DNA of 47,533 nucleotides from Lophium mytilinum (Eukaryota): NCBI GenBank assembly GCA_010093605.1, contig MU004185.1, positions 84,534 to 132,066 of the forward strand, read 5' to 3'. Shown piece by piece: positions 34,774 to 47,533 of this stretch (position 1 is its first letter; each line of letters starts with the position of its first letter). The notes under the pieces were generated by a model. It saw only the letters and a program-made list of their open reading frames with translations, ran no database searches and was not told where the DNA came from. The position numbers and the translations under genes were made by a program.

Positions 34774-37255
34774 CAGTCTTTTCCCACGTCCGGTAACCTA
34801 GCGCGAAGAGGCGTCAGCCACGGAGTGAGATCCGTATACAGTTTAGTATAAGAATCCCCTGTTCCTTAGCAAGCCCCTTGCAACGTTGTCTATTAAATTG
34901 AAGCTCTACAGAAACAACTGTTATATATTCCTATAAGCTAGCTAGGTGTTAAGCGTATAAATAAGCGTATAAATAAGCGTGTAGCCGAGCGTGCAAATAA
35001 ATGCAGACCACCGGGATTCTTACTAAATTAATAAGCGTATCTCTACTAAATTCTATCTAAATTTATCTATTCTAAGTGTAAATTAAAGCTATATAGAATA
35101 TACATTTACTACTTTATAGGGCCGCCCTGCGCGGCAATTACGGCCTCTATTCTCTTAGGTATGCTCTTAATTAGCTTTATAAGGAATTCCTTACTAATTT
35201 ATATCTATTTCTTCTTAATTACTTTTACTATAGCTTTGTAAGTAATAGGCCTCTACCGGCGGTGTTAAATTTAATATTTTATCTAATTCTAGACGTTCTT
35301 AATAGGGTTTAGATCTAGGCTATAAGCTAGCTAATTAAGGACCGGAACTAGAAGAGTTAGTATAATATTAAGGCCTAAATTTAATATAGGTAGACTTACT
35401 ATAATTCTAAGTAAATTAAGCCTAAGTTCCCTTTACCTTATATACTAATGCGCTATCTATTATTACCTAGGCATTATTATATGCATAGAAATTATTAAAA
35501 TAGTAGTGCCAGGTTCTTAGCATAGAATAGATATACTTAAGAAAGCTCTTAGAGGTAATATTACCCTAATTCTTCTTATTCTAGATAATAAGAGGGCCCT
35601 TTTAGCCGCCTATAAAGCATGCCTAGATTATTATATATAGAATCTTAGCGAATTTAGGCCTAAGGTAATTAAGGTAATAGCGTTAATTGGCCTTCCGGGT
35701 AATATATATACGCTAGTGCCCGCTATAATATATTGCGGCCTTATCTATCTATATAATTAAGGCCTAATCGCCCACAGTCTAATAGTAATAAGCGAGCGCG
35801 AAAGCTAGGCGCTTCTCTTAGTAATAAGGCTTAAGAAATAGCTTCTAGGTAGCTATATAGCGCCTATAGCTAGCTTTCTTTATTAGCCTAGCTACTATAG
35901 AGGAGCTGCACGGTATACTAATATAATAGGCTAGCTCTAAGTATATAAAAGTTCTTAACTATAGCATTAATTTAATAAAGTTAATAAGTTAATAGGTAAC
36001 CGGTAAACTATAGAGGCGCCTATTTTTATACTAGCTAAAGCGCGTAGATATACTAGGTTTATTATAAATACGCCTTATAGTTAATATATTAGTATTAAGA
36101 AGGGCTATAATCTAGTAGAAGGGTAGATCTAGGTATAATTATATAGTCTTAATTACAATTTAAAGCTTATATAGAATTAGTAGAGGCCTAGGTACTACCC
36201 TAGAAGAATAATATAGATTAAGGTTCTCTATAGCCTGCCGGCGGCGAATAGTAGCGCGCTAGCTACTGCGCACGGCACGTACTACCTGCATAGCTTTACG
36301 CTAAGCCTATCGGCGAGCGCGTTAGTTTAGTAATGGCGTTAGTAATGCAGAAGGGCTACTAGCATTAGAAATGGAGCTAGAATGGCGGCGGCGTAATGCT
36401 AGGGAACTAATAGAGGGCTAAGAGACTTACTAGGCCTTCTAGAAGGGCAACTAATACGGTAATTAAGGCTGCTAAGTATTATAAGGTGGCGGCGGCGTTC
36501 CGCGCTTAGAGAGGACGTTAACTAATAAAATAGATAATAGTAATAAGAAAATAAAGCGCCTAATAGCTTTAAACATGCCCTATATCTAGAAAGGAGAAGA
36601 GACTTAATTACAAGGTATCTTAGAAGGCTTATAGGCGGCGCAATTGCTATACTACTAGTATAGAGCCGGCAGGTAGCATAGCCTAAGAGGCATAGTAGAA
36701 TAAGTGGAAAAAATAAGTTTATCTAAGATTATTACTAATTAATGCTTTCTATCTAGAATTTAGTAGTAAAAGCGGTAATTTTAGATAGCTATATATACAG
36801 CGCGATAGCGCGTTATATATATATATAATAGCAGCCAGCTTAGCTATAATTTTAGCCTATTTTCTACCTCTTTTAGCCGCTTCTTAGCTCTCTTATAATC
36901 CTTCTCTTTCTCTATAACTACTAATGTTATTAAATCTATTAAAACAACACCCGGAAATCTATTTTCTAGCCTTCCAGCGCGTCCTTAGGGTCTACTAATG
37001 TGCCTTGGGCAATAATTAAGGTTAGCCGGGCGCTTAGCAATTTAGTAAGCTGGAAAATAATACTAAAAAGAGGAGGACGGCTGGCCTATATACGCCTCTA
37101 TTATAATTACACAGAAGTAGCTAATATTAAGCTTTAATACTGCTAAGCTACTAAGAGGCTTAAATTAGCTACTCCATGCACGCCGGAGGAACGTCTATAT
37201 TTAGCTAGTACGGTGGCTTTATTAGCGCTGGTTCACCGGACGTGGGAAAAGACTG
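34774..37255 (-). mobile_element. Complete RIP-inactivated Tc1/mariner DNA transposon (2482 bp)
   Basis: Perfect 21-bp TIRs CAGTCTTTTCCCACGTCCGGT, with flanking TA at 34772-73 and 37256-57. The minus strand back-mutates to WPAYSPDLNPIENVW (~35289-35333) and a D[G/S]A.VH motif (~35440-35460). The sequence is TpA-rich and CpA/TpG-depleted. Confidence 0.93.
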
Positions 37256-37739
37256 TATGGCCCTCGCGCAGCCGGTTAGCAGGGGAAATTACCCGGGCTA
37301 GCCGTCTTTAGTAGCGGACCAAGGCTGTTCAACCGCTTCCAGCACACCTCACCGGCTTCCCCAGACTCTTTCATTTCCACTCGCCCACGCCCAACCCATC
37401 TTGCACCCAATTTCTCGTAGCCTCGCCCGCCCATCCCCAAAGCAGTTACCCAACTGCAACGAGATGCCATGCTCATTTCTCCCCCTGATGCTGGCCGGAC
37501 GCTATGGCGCCGTACCTGCGTCTGTCAAAACCTCATCGCTCCCGCTCTCGTGAGAGACCTTCTTCTTCAGCAAGGCCCTCTGTTCCTCACAGCCTCTCAA
37601 GTTTGGCATCTTGCCTAGTCACTCGTTTTCAATTAATCTCATACCGGCTTCACTCGTTCAGCCGTCCACGCTCTCTAATTATTCTTAATTTCACGAAAAT
37701 CCCCATATCAACAAACCCCGTACTCCGTATTACTCGATA

Positions 37740-39738
37740 ATGAAGGGTGCTTTTGTCGCGGCTTCGGCTGCTTCTCTGATCGGCGCTGTTGCGGCGTCGC
37801 ATCAAGGCCATGTTGGCTTCCACAACCGTAGGGGCTTCTACGGCTCCGCCCCGGTTGGAACTGCGGTGGGAACTGGTGCCCTATACCCGTCCGGCGAGGT
37901 GTGCTCCGTCTACACCTCTACTTACACCGGAGAGGGAGGATGTATGTTTGACTTTCTATTTCTTCTCTTCCTTCCATGATTATTCAACTCGGAGTACTCC
38001 ACGAAGATTGGATTTGTATTAACATTACGCAGGGGTTCCCAAGCCCACCCCATATGCCGTCAACAGCACGGTCTACTTGGCCCCATCTCCCATTCCCACC
38101 CCCACCTCGTCCGTGGTCGTGGTCCCCGTCCCTACTCCTGAGGTGACCATCTGCCCCACCCCAGGCACATACACCTTCCCGGCGTCGACCATCGTCGTCA
38201 CCGAGACAACCACTGTCTGCGGCGCCGAGACCACCGTGGTCCCGCCTGGAGAGCACACCTATGGCGGCGTGACCACTTCCGTTGTCACCGAGACCACCGT
38301 GACCTGCCCGTACGCCACGGTCTCAACCGCCGGCTCGACCACCACCAGCGTCATCTTGACCACCACCTACGTCTGCCCGTCCGCTGGCGAGTACACTTTC
38401 GGTGCCACCACCTCCAGCTACTCTGAGACTGCGACCGTTGTCTACCCGACCATCTCCACTTTCACCCCAGGCACCTACACTCACCCCGAGACGACCGTGA
38501 CTATTGTCAGGACTTCTGAGGTCTTCGTCTGCCCGTACTCGCCATCCACCACCAGCGAGGTCTACGTTGCGCCCTCGTCGTCCGTGGTCGCCTACGCAAC
38601 TCCCTCCTCCTCGGCTGCTGTCTACTCCGCACCTACATACAGTGTGCCTGCGTACTCTGCCCCTGCGCCAGTTTACTCGGCACCGGCCAAGCCCGTCTAC
38701 TCGGCACCAGCGAAGCCCGTTTACTCAGCACCCTCAAAGCCAGTCTACTCAGCACCCTCTAAGCCAGTCTACTCAGCACCCGCTAAGCCAGTCTACTCAG
38801 CACCTGCTAAGCCCGTCTACTCCGCACCGGCCAAGCCCGCCTACAGCGCGCCTGCCTACAGTGCCCCTGCCAAGCCCAAGCCCAGCGCGTCCTACGGCGG
38901 AACTCCCCTCCACAAGACCAACGGCAACCAGTGGGCCATGACCTACACCCCCTACACCGAGCAGGGCGGTTGCAAGAGCGCGTCTGAAGTCATGTACGAC
39001 ATCGGCGTAATAAAGAACCTCGGCTTCACGACCGTCCGCACCTACAGCACCGACTGCGGCGGGCTCGAGAACATTGGCGCCGCCTGCACTGAGCACAAGG
39101 TGCTCATGATCCTCGGCGTGTTCATCAAGGACAAGGCCACCTTCGAGTCCGGCTGCGACGAGCAGGTCAGCGACATCATCACGTGGGGTAAGCAGGGCAA
39201 CTGGGGCCTCGTCGCCATGGTTGTCATCGGTAACGAAGCCATCTTCCACGAGTACTGCACCGCGGGTGAACTCGCTGCCTACATCACCAAGGCCAAGGCC
39301 AAGATCACCGCTGCCGGCCTGCCCAGCACCGTGCCGTTCACGACCACCGATGCCGTTTCCTCCATCCTCGAGTTCGGCAGCGAGCTCTGTGGCGCCATCG
39401 ACGTGCTCGCCGCGAACGTGCAGCCCTTCTTCACCAGCTCGGTGTATGCCGCCAAGGCCGGCGAGGAGGTCAAGAAGCAGCTTGATGCCATCTCGGTCGT
39501 CTGCCCCGTGGCCGCTGCCAAGGGCTTGTACAACCTGGAGTCTGGCTGGCCCACTGGCGGCGAGCAGAACGGCAACGCGAAGCCCGGGAAGCAGGAGCAG
39601 AAGGATGCGATCAAGAACATCATAGAGGTCTGCGGTGACTCGAGCGTCATCTTCAGCTACGGCAACGATGCGTGGAAGGCGCCGGGCCAGTTTGGTGTTG
39701 AGCAGACTTGGGGCTGTGCTGACAACCTCTCCATCTAA
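37740..39738 (+). CDS. btgE: Secreted GH17 cell-wall glucanase/transglucosylase (BtgE/Scw11-like)
   Basis: Exon 37740-37941 (signal peptide), intron 37942-38032, exon 38033-39738. Thr/Cys-rich 'CPTPGTYT' repeats are followed by WAMTYTPY...CKS...VRTYSTDC, VIGNEA, NVQPFF, LESGWP and WKAPGQFGVEQTWG. Confidence 0.9.
38668..38880 (+). repeat. Coding 24-bp tandem repeat (PVYSAP[A/S]K)n
   Basis: About 7-8 copies in the linker of the GH17 gene. Confidence 0.9.
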
Positions 39739-40046
39739 GCGTCTTTAATGACGGTTGGAGGGGTGAGGTGCAGCGGGAGGAAGGGTTGCATATGCATAGC
39801 CAGGGAGTTGAGCGCTTTAGTCAAAGGGGGATTTTGCATATGGGCGGGGTTGTTTGATTAAAAGTAGTGAGAGGAGGGTGAGGGATCTAGTGTATACTTA
39901 GTACCGCTTTGTCAATACGTCGCTACGTTATGTCGTTTACGCTTCCTGCTGTGCTGTTGTACTTTGGGGGGAAGGATAGGAGGATGTCCTTTGGTTATTT
40001 TTTAGTGTCTAATTTCGATATTTGTTTATCTAAGCTGACCAATGTA

Positions 40047-41047
40047 CAGTCGGCTACACGGCTTGAGTAGTCGAACGCCACAAACGCTAATCGCTTACAG
40101 ATAAGCACCCACCCAAAAATAAGTGTAGCTCAATCAACTATTAATTAATTAAGAAGCCGTTTAGACGTGTATATTTATAATATATCTATAAATCTATAGT
40201 ATTCTAATTTACTTAATATTTTATAGAGCCGCCCTTAGCCTTAATTATAGCTAGGCAGCACTTTCTTATTAATATAAAAGAGGACTTCTAGTCTTTTAAA
40301 GTTAATTTCTTCTATTTCTCTTTTAATACCTCTTCTATCTCTTAAATTAATTATATTCTATACCTTCTCTTATAAATTCTAAGCTTTATAATCCTCTAGA
40401 TATTTTTAATAGGGTTTAAATTAGGTAATTAGGCCGGCTATAGAATTACCTAAACTAGTATCTTTTAGAGGTACTTTAGAGAAGCTTTAAAGGTATAATA
40501 TCTAGCTCTATTCTACTAATAAATAGCGTCTCTATACTTCTTAGTTAGCTTATTAATAAATGCCCTAATAAGAGGTAAAAGGACCTAGTTAATATAGATT
40601 TAGGTATTTATCTATACTCTCTTTAGTAGAACTACTATTAGCCCCTTCTTTTTAATAGATATTATACTCTATATACTAATAGAGGATCTTCTACTCTTAA
40701 ATATTAGCTAGAGGTACTTAGACTCTATAGCCTAGCCCTTCTTTCTTTAAACCTAAAGAGGTCTTATATCTAAACTAACCTTAAAAGTAAATTTATCTAA
40801 AAAGCTAAAAAGGTACTAGTCTTTATAAGTTAGATACTTTATTAGATAGCACTAAAGAAGGTAAATTCTCTTATATTTTAGCTTAAGAAATAGCTTCTTT
40901 TAAGGCTTAAATATATATACCTTATTCTTAGCTAGGTATTTTCTTATTATATTAAGATGTATCTTCTATCTAGACTTAGAATATTAGAAATTTCTAAATT
41001 AAGAAACGCGTAGAGAATACTAGTTACTTATATAACCTTCTAGAAAA
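40047..41047 (-). mobile_element. Second RIPped Tc1/mariner element, 3' part, interrupted by the LINE
   Basis: Starts TA|CAGTCGG at the GC/AT boundary. The minus strand back-mutates to WPAQSPDLNPIENIW (~40397-40442), QQDGARYH (~40497-40520), FSDESTFE (~40780-40803) and RKKPFL...HK..RL.W (~40850-40905). Confidence 0.85.
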
Positions 41048-44000
41048 ATATAATGTAATTAAATTTACAGCACCTTAGAAATATAACCTAAGAAGGGCCC
41101 CTAGGGGCTACTTAAGGCTCTATAAATATTTGCATGCAGTATTAGAGCTCTATAAGCTGTGCTAGCGGCGTTGCAGTAGAATTACGCATTACAACCCCTA
41201 TTGTGCAGCATTATTAATAATAATAATAATAATAATAACAATACTACTAATAACACTAATAATAACTCTAAAACTAAACCTACTAACTAAAGACTAAGTA
41301 GAATATCTACGCCGACATCTAAGCGCTTATTAAAGAAGCCTATAGCATATAGAACTCCCTATAGAATAAGCCTATATTCTTTAACCCCGAGATAAATAAC
41401 GCCCTTAAGCACCTCTAAAACTTCGCCGGGCGCGTACTAGCTAGCCTTTTAGGCACTGCGGAGGACCTATAATAAACGCTATAGAGAAAGATAATAAAAA
41501 TAATAGAGGAAATATAGAAGGGCGTATAGGCGCTATCTATATAAGAAACAACCTATATAGCGGTAATAGCGGCAGGAAGAAATAGTAAAACTATAGAAAA
41601 TAGGGAGTATATAATATAGACTACCTATAAAATTACTATATATATTAAGAATAAGGAGGAACACGCCGTAATAAATAAGGACTTAAACGCAACTATTACC
41701 TATAAGCTTTAAGTAGTAGGAGAGCCTAATATAATAAAGATCTACAGCATTAGAAAGCTCTAGAGCGGAGACGTAAAGGCCTATATACTAGACGCAACTG
41801 CTAAGAAAGCTCTATTAAAGAAGAAGGAATAGATAAAGGTTCTAGGTAAAATAGTATAAATTTAACTACCTAAGGTCCTTCTAGAGGTATACGGAGTACC
41901 TAAAGAGATAGACCTAGAGGATCTAATGCTGCAAAGTAGTATTATATAAGATAATAAGGTACTATATCTAGGCCTAGCTATATATAAGATTATATAGAAG
42001 TACCTAAATTAGATCTAGGCTATTAGAAATAACTCTAAATAGCGCGCCTTATTAGCTATAGTTACTATAGGCATAGAGGCAATAGTAAATAAGATTATAG
42101 ATAGCGGGCTAGCATAGAATAAATATATACTAGAGGCTGTAAAGTATAAGGTAGGCTTTACAGCCACCTAATACTTCTAATGCTAGGGCTATAGGCACGT
42201 TGCTAGATACTATAAGAAGAAGGCGGTATACGCGGCGTGCGCAGAAGCTTATAATACAAGATAATGCATAGAGGAGAGTATTAGAAAGTGCACTAACTAT
42301 AAGAGAAGCTACCTATTATATAGTGCGGCGTGCACTATAAGAAAGAATGCTTAACTAAAAGCTAATATAAAGAGATAGGCAGCACTAACCTACTATAGAG
42401 CTAATAATAGCTCTAATAATAATACTAATAATACGCCGGGCACGGTAATATTCTAATCTATAATAGAATTATAAGCTCTTAATATAGTAAGTAGAAAGAG
42501 GAAGGCTACTAAGAATAGTAATGCACTAGATAGTAGCACCCTAAGAAGAGTAGAACGCCCCCCTATATCTACTATATTCGCCGCGCATAAGAACCTAAAA
42601 TAACTAAAGATAAATAGAGTGCTATAGTCTACCTATGCTATATAGACTACCTAATTAATGTATACTTTCTATTTAACGCAGCAGCCTAACTATAATAACC
42701 TGCAGCCTTACTATAATAGCCCGCAGCCTTTCTATAGAACCCTATAGCCTACCTATAAAATACTATACTACTCTTAGATAATAGCCTACAGTAATAACGC
42801 CGGACTATTATAATTTAATATAACTTAGGTGCCGTCCACCTAGAAAGAAGAGATAGTAAGCTATTAGCTCTATACTAAGGCTAGCTAGGCTATAATAAAT
42901 AACCCTAAAGACTCTATAGATACCTAATATTAGGGCAACCTAATATACTTACTATTATATAGTATAATATTAATAAGAGCTAAGAGACCTAAAGGGAGTT
43001 TCTTAAGAAGGTAGAGGCGGCCTAGCTCTAGCTATTAGTACTAGCTATATAAGAACTATAGAAGAATACCTAGAAATATACCTTACTATATATAAAATTA
43101 TACTACCTACTATATAGAGAAAGCCTAAAAGCTAGAATATATATATATATTAATAAGTGCCTAAACTTAGGCTAATAGACTATAGAGTACTACTTACTAG
43201 ACCTTATTACTCTCTCCCTCTAGGCCGGGGGAGAGGATATTTAAATTTATAATATCTATAATCTAAAGCTATATAGAATTATAGCTATGCTACCTTCTAT
43301 ACTATATAAGAAGATAGAGTATATACTTATAGGTAATATAAACCTATACTACCCGTTCTAGAGAGGAATATAGGTAATTAGTGTAGAAGAGTAAGCTAAG
43401 GAGCTTATTTATATTATAACGGAAGCAGGCCTAACCCTAGCTATAGAGGAGGGCATAGAAATATAGGCAAGAGAAATATAGTAGACTATAATTAACCTTA
43501 TATTTATATTTAAATAGCTAATAGAATATATAATATCCTGCATAGTTTAAGAGGAGTAGAACTATTACTTAGACTACCGCCCTATATATATAGAATTTAA
43601 TATTACACTACTACTAGTAACTAAATAGCCCCTACGCCGGCTATAGAAGAATGTTATATAGAAGGATGTATAGAAGTACCTTATAGCCTAGCTAGTTAAG
43701 CTAGAAAACTAGAATAACCCCCTAGATAATAAAGAAGAAGAAGACCTAGATAACTTTATACGCATTCTCTACTAACTTATTAAAATTACTATTAACGCTA
43801 TAGTACTAATAGCACGGCCCTTATAGTATATATTACTATCCTAGACTAAGAAGTACTTAGAGAAAGTATATAAGACTAGGCGGGCGTATAGAATATAGCG
43901 CTTATTATACTTTATAGAGGACTAGATATTATACTAGGTCTAGTATAACTATAAGAAAAGAGCTATATAGAAAGAGAGTACTAAGGTATAGCGCTATATA

Positions 44001-47000
44001 GTAGAGAAGGTAATAAATAACTCTAAAGGGGTATAGAAACTAGCTAAATAGGGCTATATAGTTAGAAAGGAATTAAGGCCCCCTCCTTAATTTCCCCCCC
44101 TCTTCTAGCTAGATAACCCTACCCTGCATGTAGATAATAAGATAAAAGCATGTATACTTACTAAATAGTTCTTTCTACTACTAGTGGAAGCTAACCTATC
44201 TAACCTAGAAGGGTTTTAATACCTAGAACTGCATACTACCTCTATAGAAGTTACTATAGAAGATATACTTTTAGCACTAATAGAAATTGCGCTAGATAAG
44301 GCCCCTAGAATTATAGGAATTATAAATAGATTCCTAAAGAAGTGTAAGATATAACTAGTACTAGTGCTTGCCCGCTTTTTTATAAAGTGCCTATATAGAG
44401 GACACTACCCCCGCCTATTTAAAGAATTAATTATAGTAGTTCTATATAAACCCTAGAAAGCGTCCTATATAATAGCGAAAGCCTATAGGCCTATTACGCT
44501 ACTAGAAATAATAGGTAAGCTATTTAAACGCATTATAGCTAAGAGGCTCTCTAAGATAGTAGAGAAAAAGGGCATGCTACCGCCTAGCTAAATAGAGGCA
44601 CGGCCGGAACGCTCTATATAGATAGTACTTAAACTCCTTATAGAATAAATCTATGCTATATAGAAAGGAAACCCACGGCTTATAGTATTACTTCTTAGCC
44701 TAGATATATTAGAAGCGTTTAATTAAGTTTTATATAAATAAATAATATATAACCTACGGGTCTAGAGTATACTAGAGTAGATAATAAGGTTTACTAGGTT
44801 CTTTCTATAAGACCGCATAACTAGGCTCTCTATAGAAAGCTATATAGTAGAACTAATTATAGTTACTATAGGCATTCTATAGGGCTCCTCTCTATTACCT
44901 ATTCTCTTTCTCTTCTTTACTAGTATACTACTGCTAACTCTTTAGAATAGTAATATAACGGCCTATAGGTTTATAGATAATATAAATATCCTTATATATA
45001 GTAGAACTATAGAGGTAAACTACAGGGCTATTAAAAGAGCCTATAATAGATGCATAGAATAGGTAAGAAAGTATAGCATAGTATTTATACTAGATAAATA
45101 TTACCTAATATACTTTATAAGAGCCTATAAAGAAGTTAATCTAAGAGCTATAGTTAATATATAAGGCTTTATAGAGGGCCCTATAATAGACCTAAGAGTA
45201 CTAGGGATATAGGTAGACTTAAAGCTTAAATAGGGCCCGCACATTAGTATTATAAAGAATAAAGCTATAACCTAGATAGGGGCACTTACGCGGCTTATAG
45301 TATCTACCTAGGGCGCTAGCTTTAGAAAAGCACGCCTAATATACTTAGTAGTAGTCCGGCCTGCTATTATATATAGATGCACTACCTAGTATACTATACT
45401 AGGCATGCTAGAGTAGCTTAGTAAGATAAAAATTAAGTAGCTTAAAATAACCTAGAACTAATGCCTCTAGAGAATCTTAGGGGCCTATAAGACTATAAAT
45501 ACTATAGTACTAGAATATAAAATATTATACCTACTACTCTAGCTAAAACTAGAGGAACTTATAGTGGCTTATATAGACTATACGCGTAAAGGGCTAGTAC
45601 GCTAGTATATTAAAATAGTATGCAGTAATATATAACGGGAAATCTACACCCACTATAGGCTACTTATAAGGCTAAAGTACGGCCCTAGCCGCTGTAATAT
45701 ACTTCGCAACCTTATAGTAAAGGCTATAAGGTTATATACTAGGTATAAAGATAAATTAGATAAAGCCTATAAGTGCTTAAGGTAATTTACAATTAAATGC
45801 AAATATAAAGAAAGGTGGAAGAAGGCATAGAAGTTCTTTTATAAAATAGAATAGCGCGGGCTACTAATGCCGGCCCTTAATACTAAATAGAGTAAATAAT
45901 AGGAGACTATATATAAAGGGCTTATAAAGGTTAAAAGTACTATTTTTATAAACCTATAAATAGAGTATATAGAGCTTAATAGATACCTATACTATATATA
46001 GGTGCTAGGCTACCTAATACTAGCCTGCCCCTGCGGGCACGGCCTCTAATTACTATACTATATAGTAATAAACTGCGAGAGGTATATAGAGGGTAGAGGC
46101 GAACTATTTAAGAAAGTAAAGACTTAGATGTATAAGGAAATATATAAAAGTAAAAAGGAACCTAAAGTAGTAGCTAGGTAGTTTCTATAGAAAATAGACC
46201 TACTACCCTACCTCTTAATAGCGAGAGAGATAGAAAGGGAGTAGACCTAGCCCTTCTACTTAATACTACAGCCCTGCTATTACCTATAGCCTTACTATAA
46301 CTAATAGCCTTGCTATAACTAATAGCCTTACTATTACTAATAGCCTTACTATTATCTATAGCCTTACTATTACCTACAGCCTTACTATTACCTATAGCCT
46401 TGCTATTACCTATAGCCTTGCTATTACCTCTAACTATACTATAGCGGGCCTTAGCGCCCCCTCTTAACTAGTACTTAGTATAGATAGTTAGCTTTAGGTC
46501 TCTACTATATACTCTATAATGTATACTTTCTATATACTTTCTATCCCTTATAGCCCTTCTATTTCTAAATAGCCTACCTACTTTATAATAGTATATACAC
46601 GCGGCTCCCTCCCTCTTACTATTAGTTAGTTATGCTATAAGGGCTTATACTTACTATAAGCGGCTATATACTTTCTAATTATAGACTATAAACTATATAC
46701 TCTACACTCTTAGCCCTTCTATAGCTATTAGCTATGCTATAGAGGCTTATATATGCTACTATAGCTATAAACTCTATATAGCTACTTATAGCCCTTCTAC
46801 TCTTATAGCCTGCCTATAAACTATATACTTTCTATATACCTCTACTATATACTACTTATACACCGCGTAGCCTTTCTATCTCTAATAGCCTACACGGCCA
46901 CTATTTATTTTACCTTATTACCTTAGATAAAGGCCCCGCAAGTGCACTACTTATACGCGGGCCCTTACGCTAATTCTATACTAGCCTCCTATCTAGATTC

Positions 47001-47287
47001 TACTCGGCCTAAACCTAGGAGAATAATAATAAACCTTCCTAGATAGATATAGAAAGACGCATCTTAATAGCTTATTCTATAGTAGTTCTTATAGACCTAC
47101 TACATGTCCCCTATAGTAAAATATAAAGAAGAAGGGCGCCTAACGCTAGATATAATAGAGGATAAGGTTTTTACCTAAACGCTGCCTGGTAGTAAACGGT
47201 TTCCTCTTATAAATTAGCCTAGATAGAACAGCTACATGGACCCTAATAGGAGCTACACTAGCGTAATAGAATTTAATAATAATAATA
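41048..47287 (+). mobile_element. Apparently full-length RIPped Tad1-like LINE retrotransposon (~6.2 kb)
   Basis: De-RIPped motifs: gag CCHC knuckles (~42170-42340); endonuclease IQYN.NKS (~42950), LAIQEPW (~43040) and GD.NLHHP.W (~43332); RT KAPG (~44298), YRPITLL (~44484), GIPQGSPLSPIL (~44871) and FVDD (~44970); C-terminal CPCG...H....C (~46026). It ends in an (AAT)n tail. The 16-bp TSD ATAACCTTCTAGAAAA lies at 41032-41047 and 47288-47303. Confidence 0.92.
46268..46430 (+). repeat. 18-bp minisatellite in the LINE 3' region
   Basis: AGCCTT(A/G)CTATTACCTAT-like unit repeated about 9 times. Confidence 0.85.
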
Positions 47288-47533
47288 ATAACCTTCTAGA
47301 AAACTATATATTTTACTACTCCGCGGGCTTTATACTACTCTATAAAAGTTTACCTACTTCTTATATAAAATTTACGCGCAGGCTATATAGATAATTCTTA
47401 ATTATAGATAATCTAGTATTATAGGTAATTATTATAGTTAATAACTACTTTATAGTCCTTATAAATATAGCTATCTACCTTCTCTATCTAACCTTCTAAA
47501 ACCGCCTAATCCGCCTAGGTTATAAATAGATAG
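47288..47533 (-). mobile_element. Probable continuation (5' part) of the interrupted Tc1 element; runs off the window
   Basis: RIPped AT-rich sequence directly after the LINE TSD. The matching TIR is not within the window. Confidence 0.6.

Noticed and set aside
46268..46430. Repeat array as CRISPR-like
   Set aside because: It is a head-to-tail minisatellite with no unique spacers, in a eukaryotic LINE.
40954..47065. Alternative 12-bp LINE TSD (AAGATGTATCTT / AAGACGCATCTT)
   Set aside because: It has two mismatches and does not follow the final (AAT)n tail. 40966-41047 still reads as Tc1 transposase, and the exact 16-bp repeat fits better.

Overview
This is filamentous ascomycete (Pezizomycotina) genomic DNA, with spliceosomal introns and RIP-mutated repeats. 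Left part (1-19 kb): the end of a fungal-specific transcription factor; a 5'-truncated, frameshifted secreted-type protein with Apple/PAN-like repeats and a CBM-like domain; a 4-exon ~1229-aa secreted protein whose spliced sequence has a CNF1/CheD-like deamidase motif (NLYGC-x14-H); a SUR7/PalI gene; a HET-domain gene; and a 2-exon ~1438-aa orphan membrane protein with a DUF3659-like repeat. Middle part (19-34 kb): a KLAP1-like zinc-finger regulator, a Pro/Ser/Arg-rich hypothetical gene, an SDR, two EthD-family genes (one an internal tandem duplication), F-actin capping protein beta and a multi-exon CorA-like 2TM gene. Right part: a complete RIPped Tc1/mariner element with TIRs and TA TSD, a GH17 btgE-like gene, and a second RIPped Tc1 element interrupted by an apparently full-length RIPped Tad1-like LINE with a 16-bp TSD. 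Gene models were spliced by hand and family calls come from motif recognition; no searches were run.
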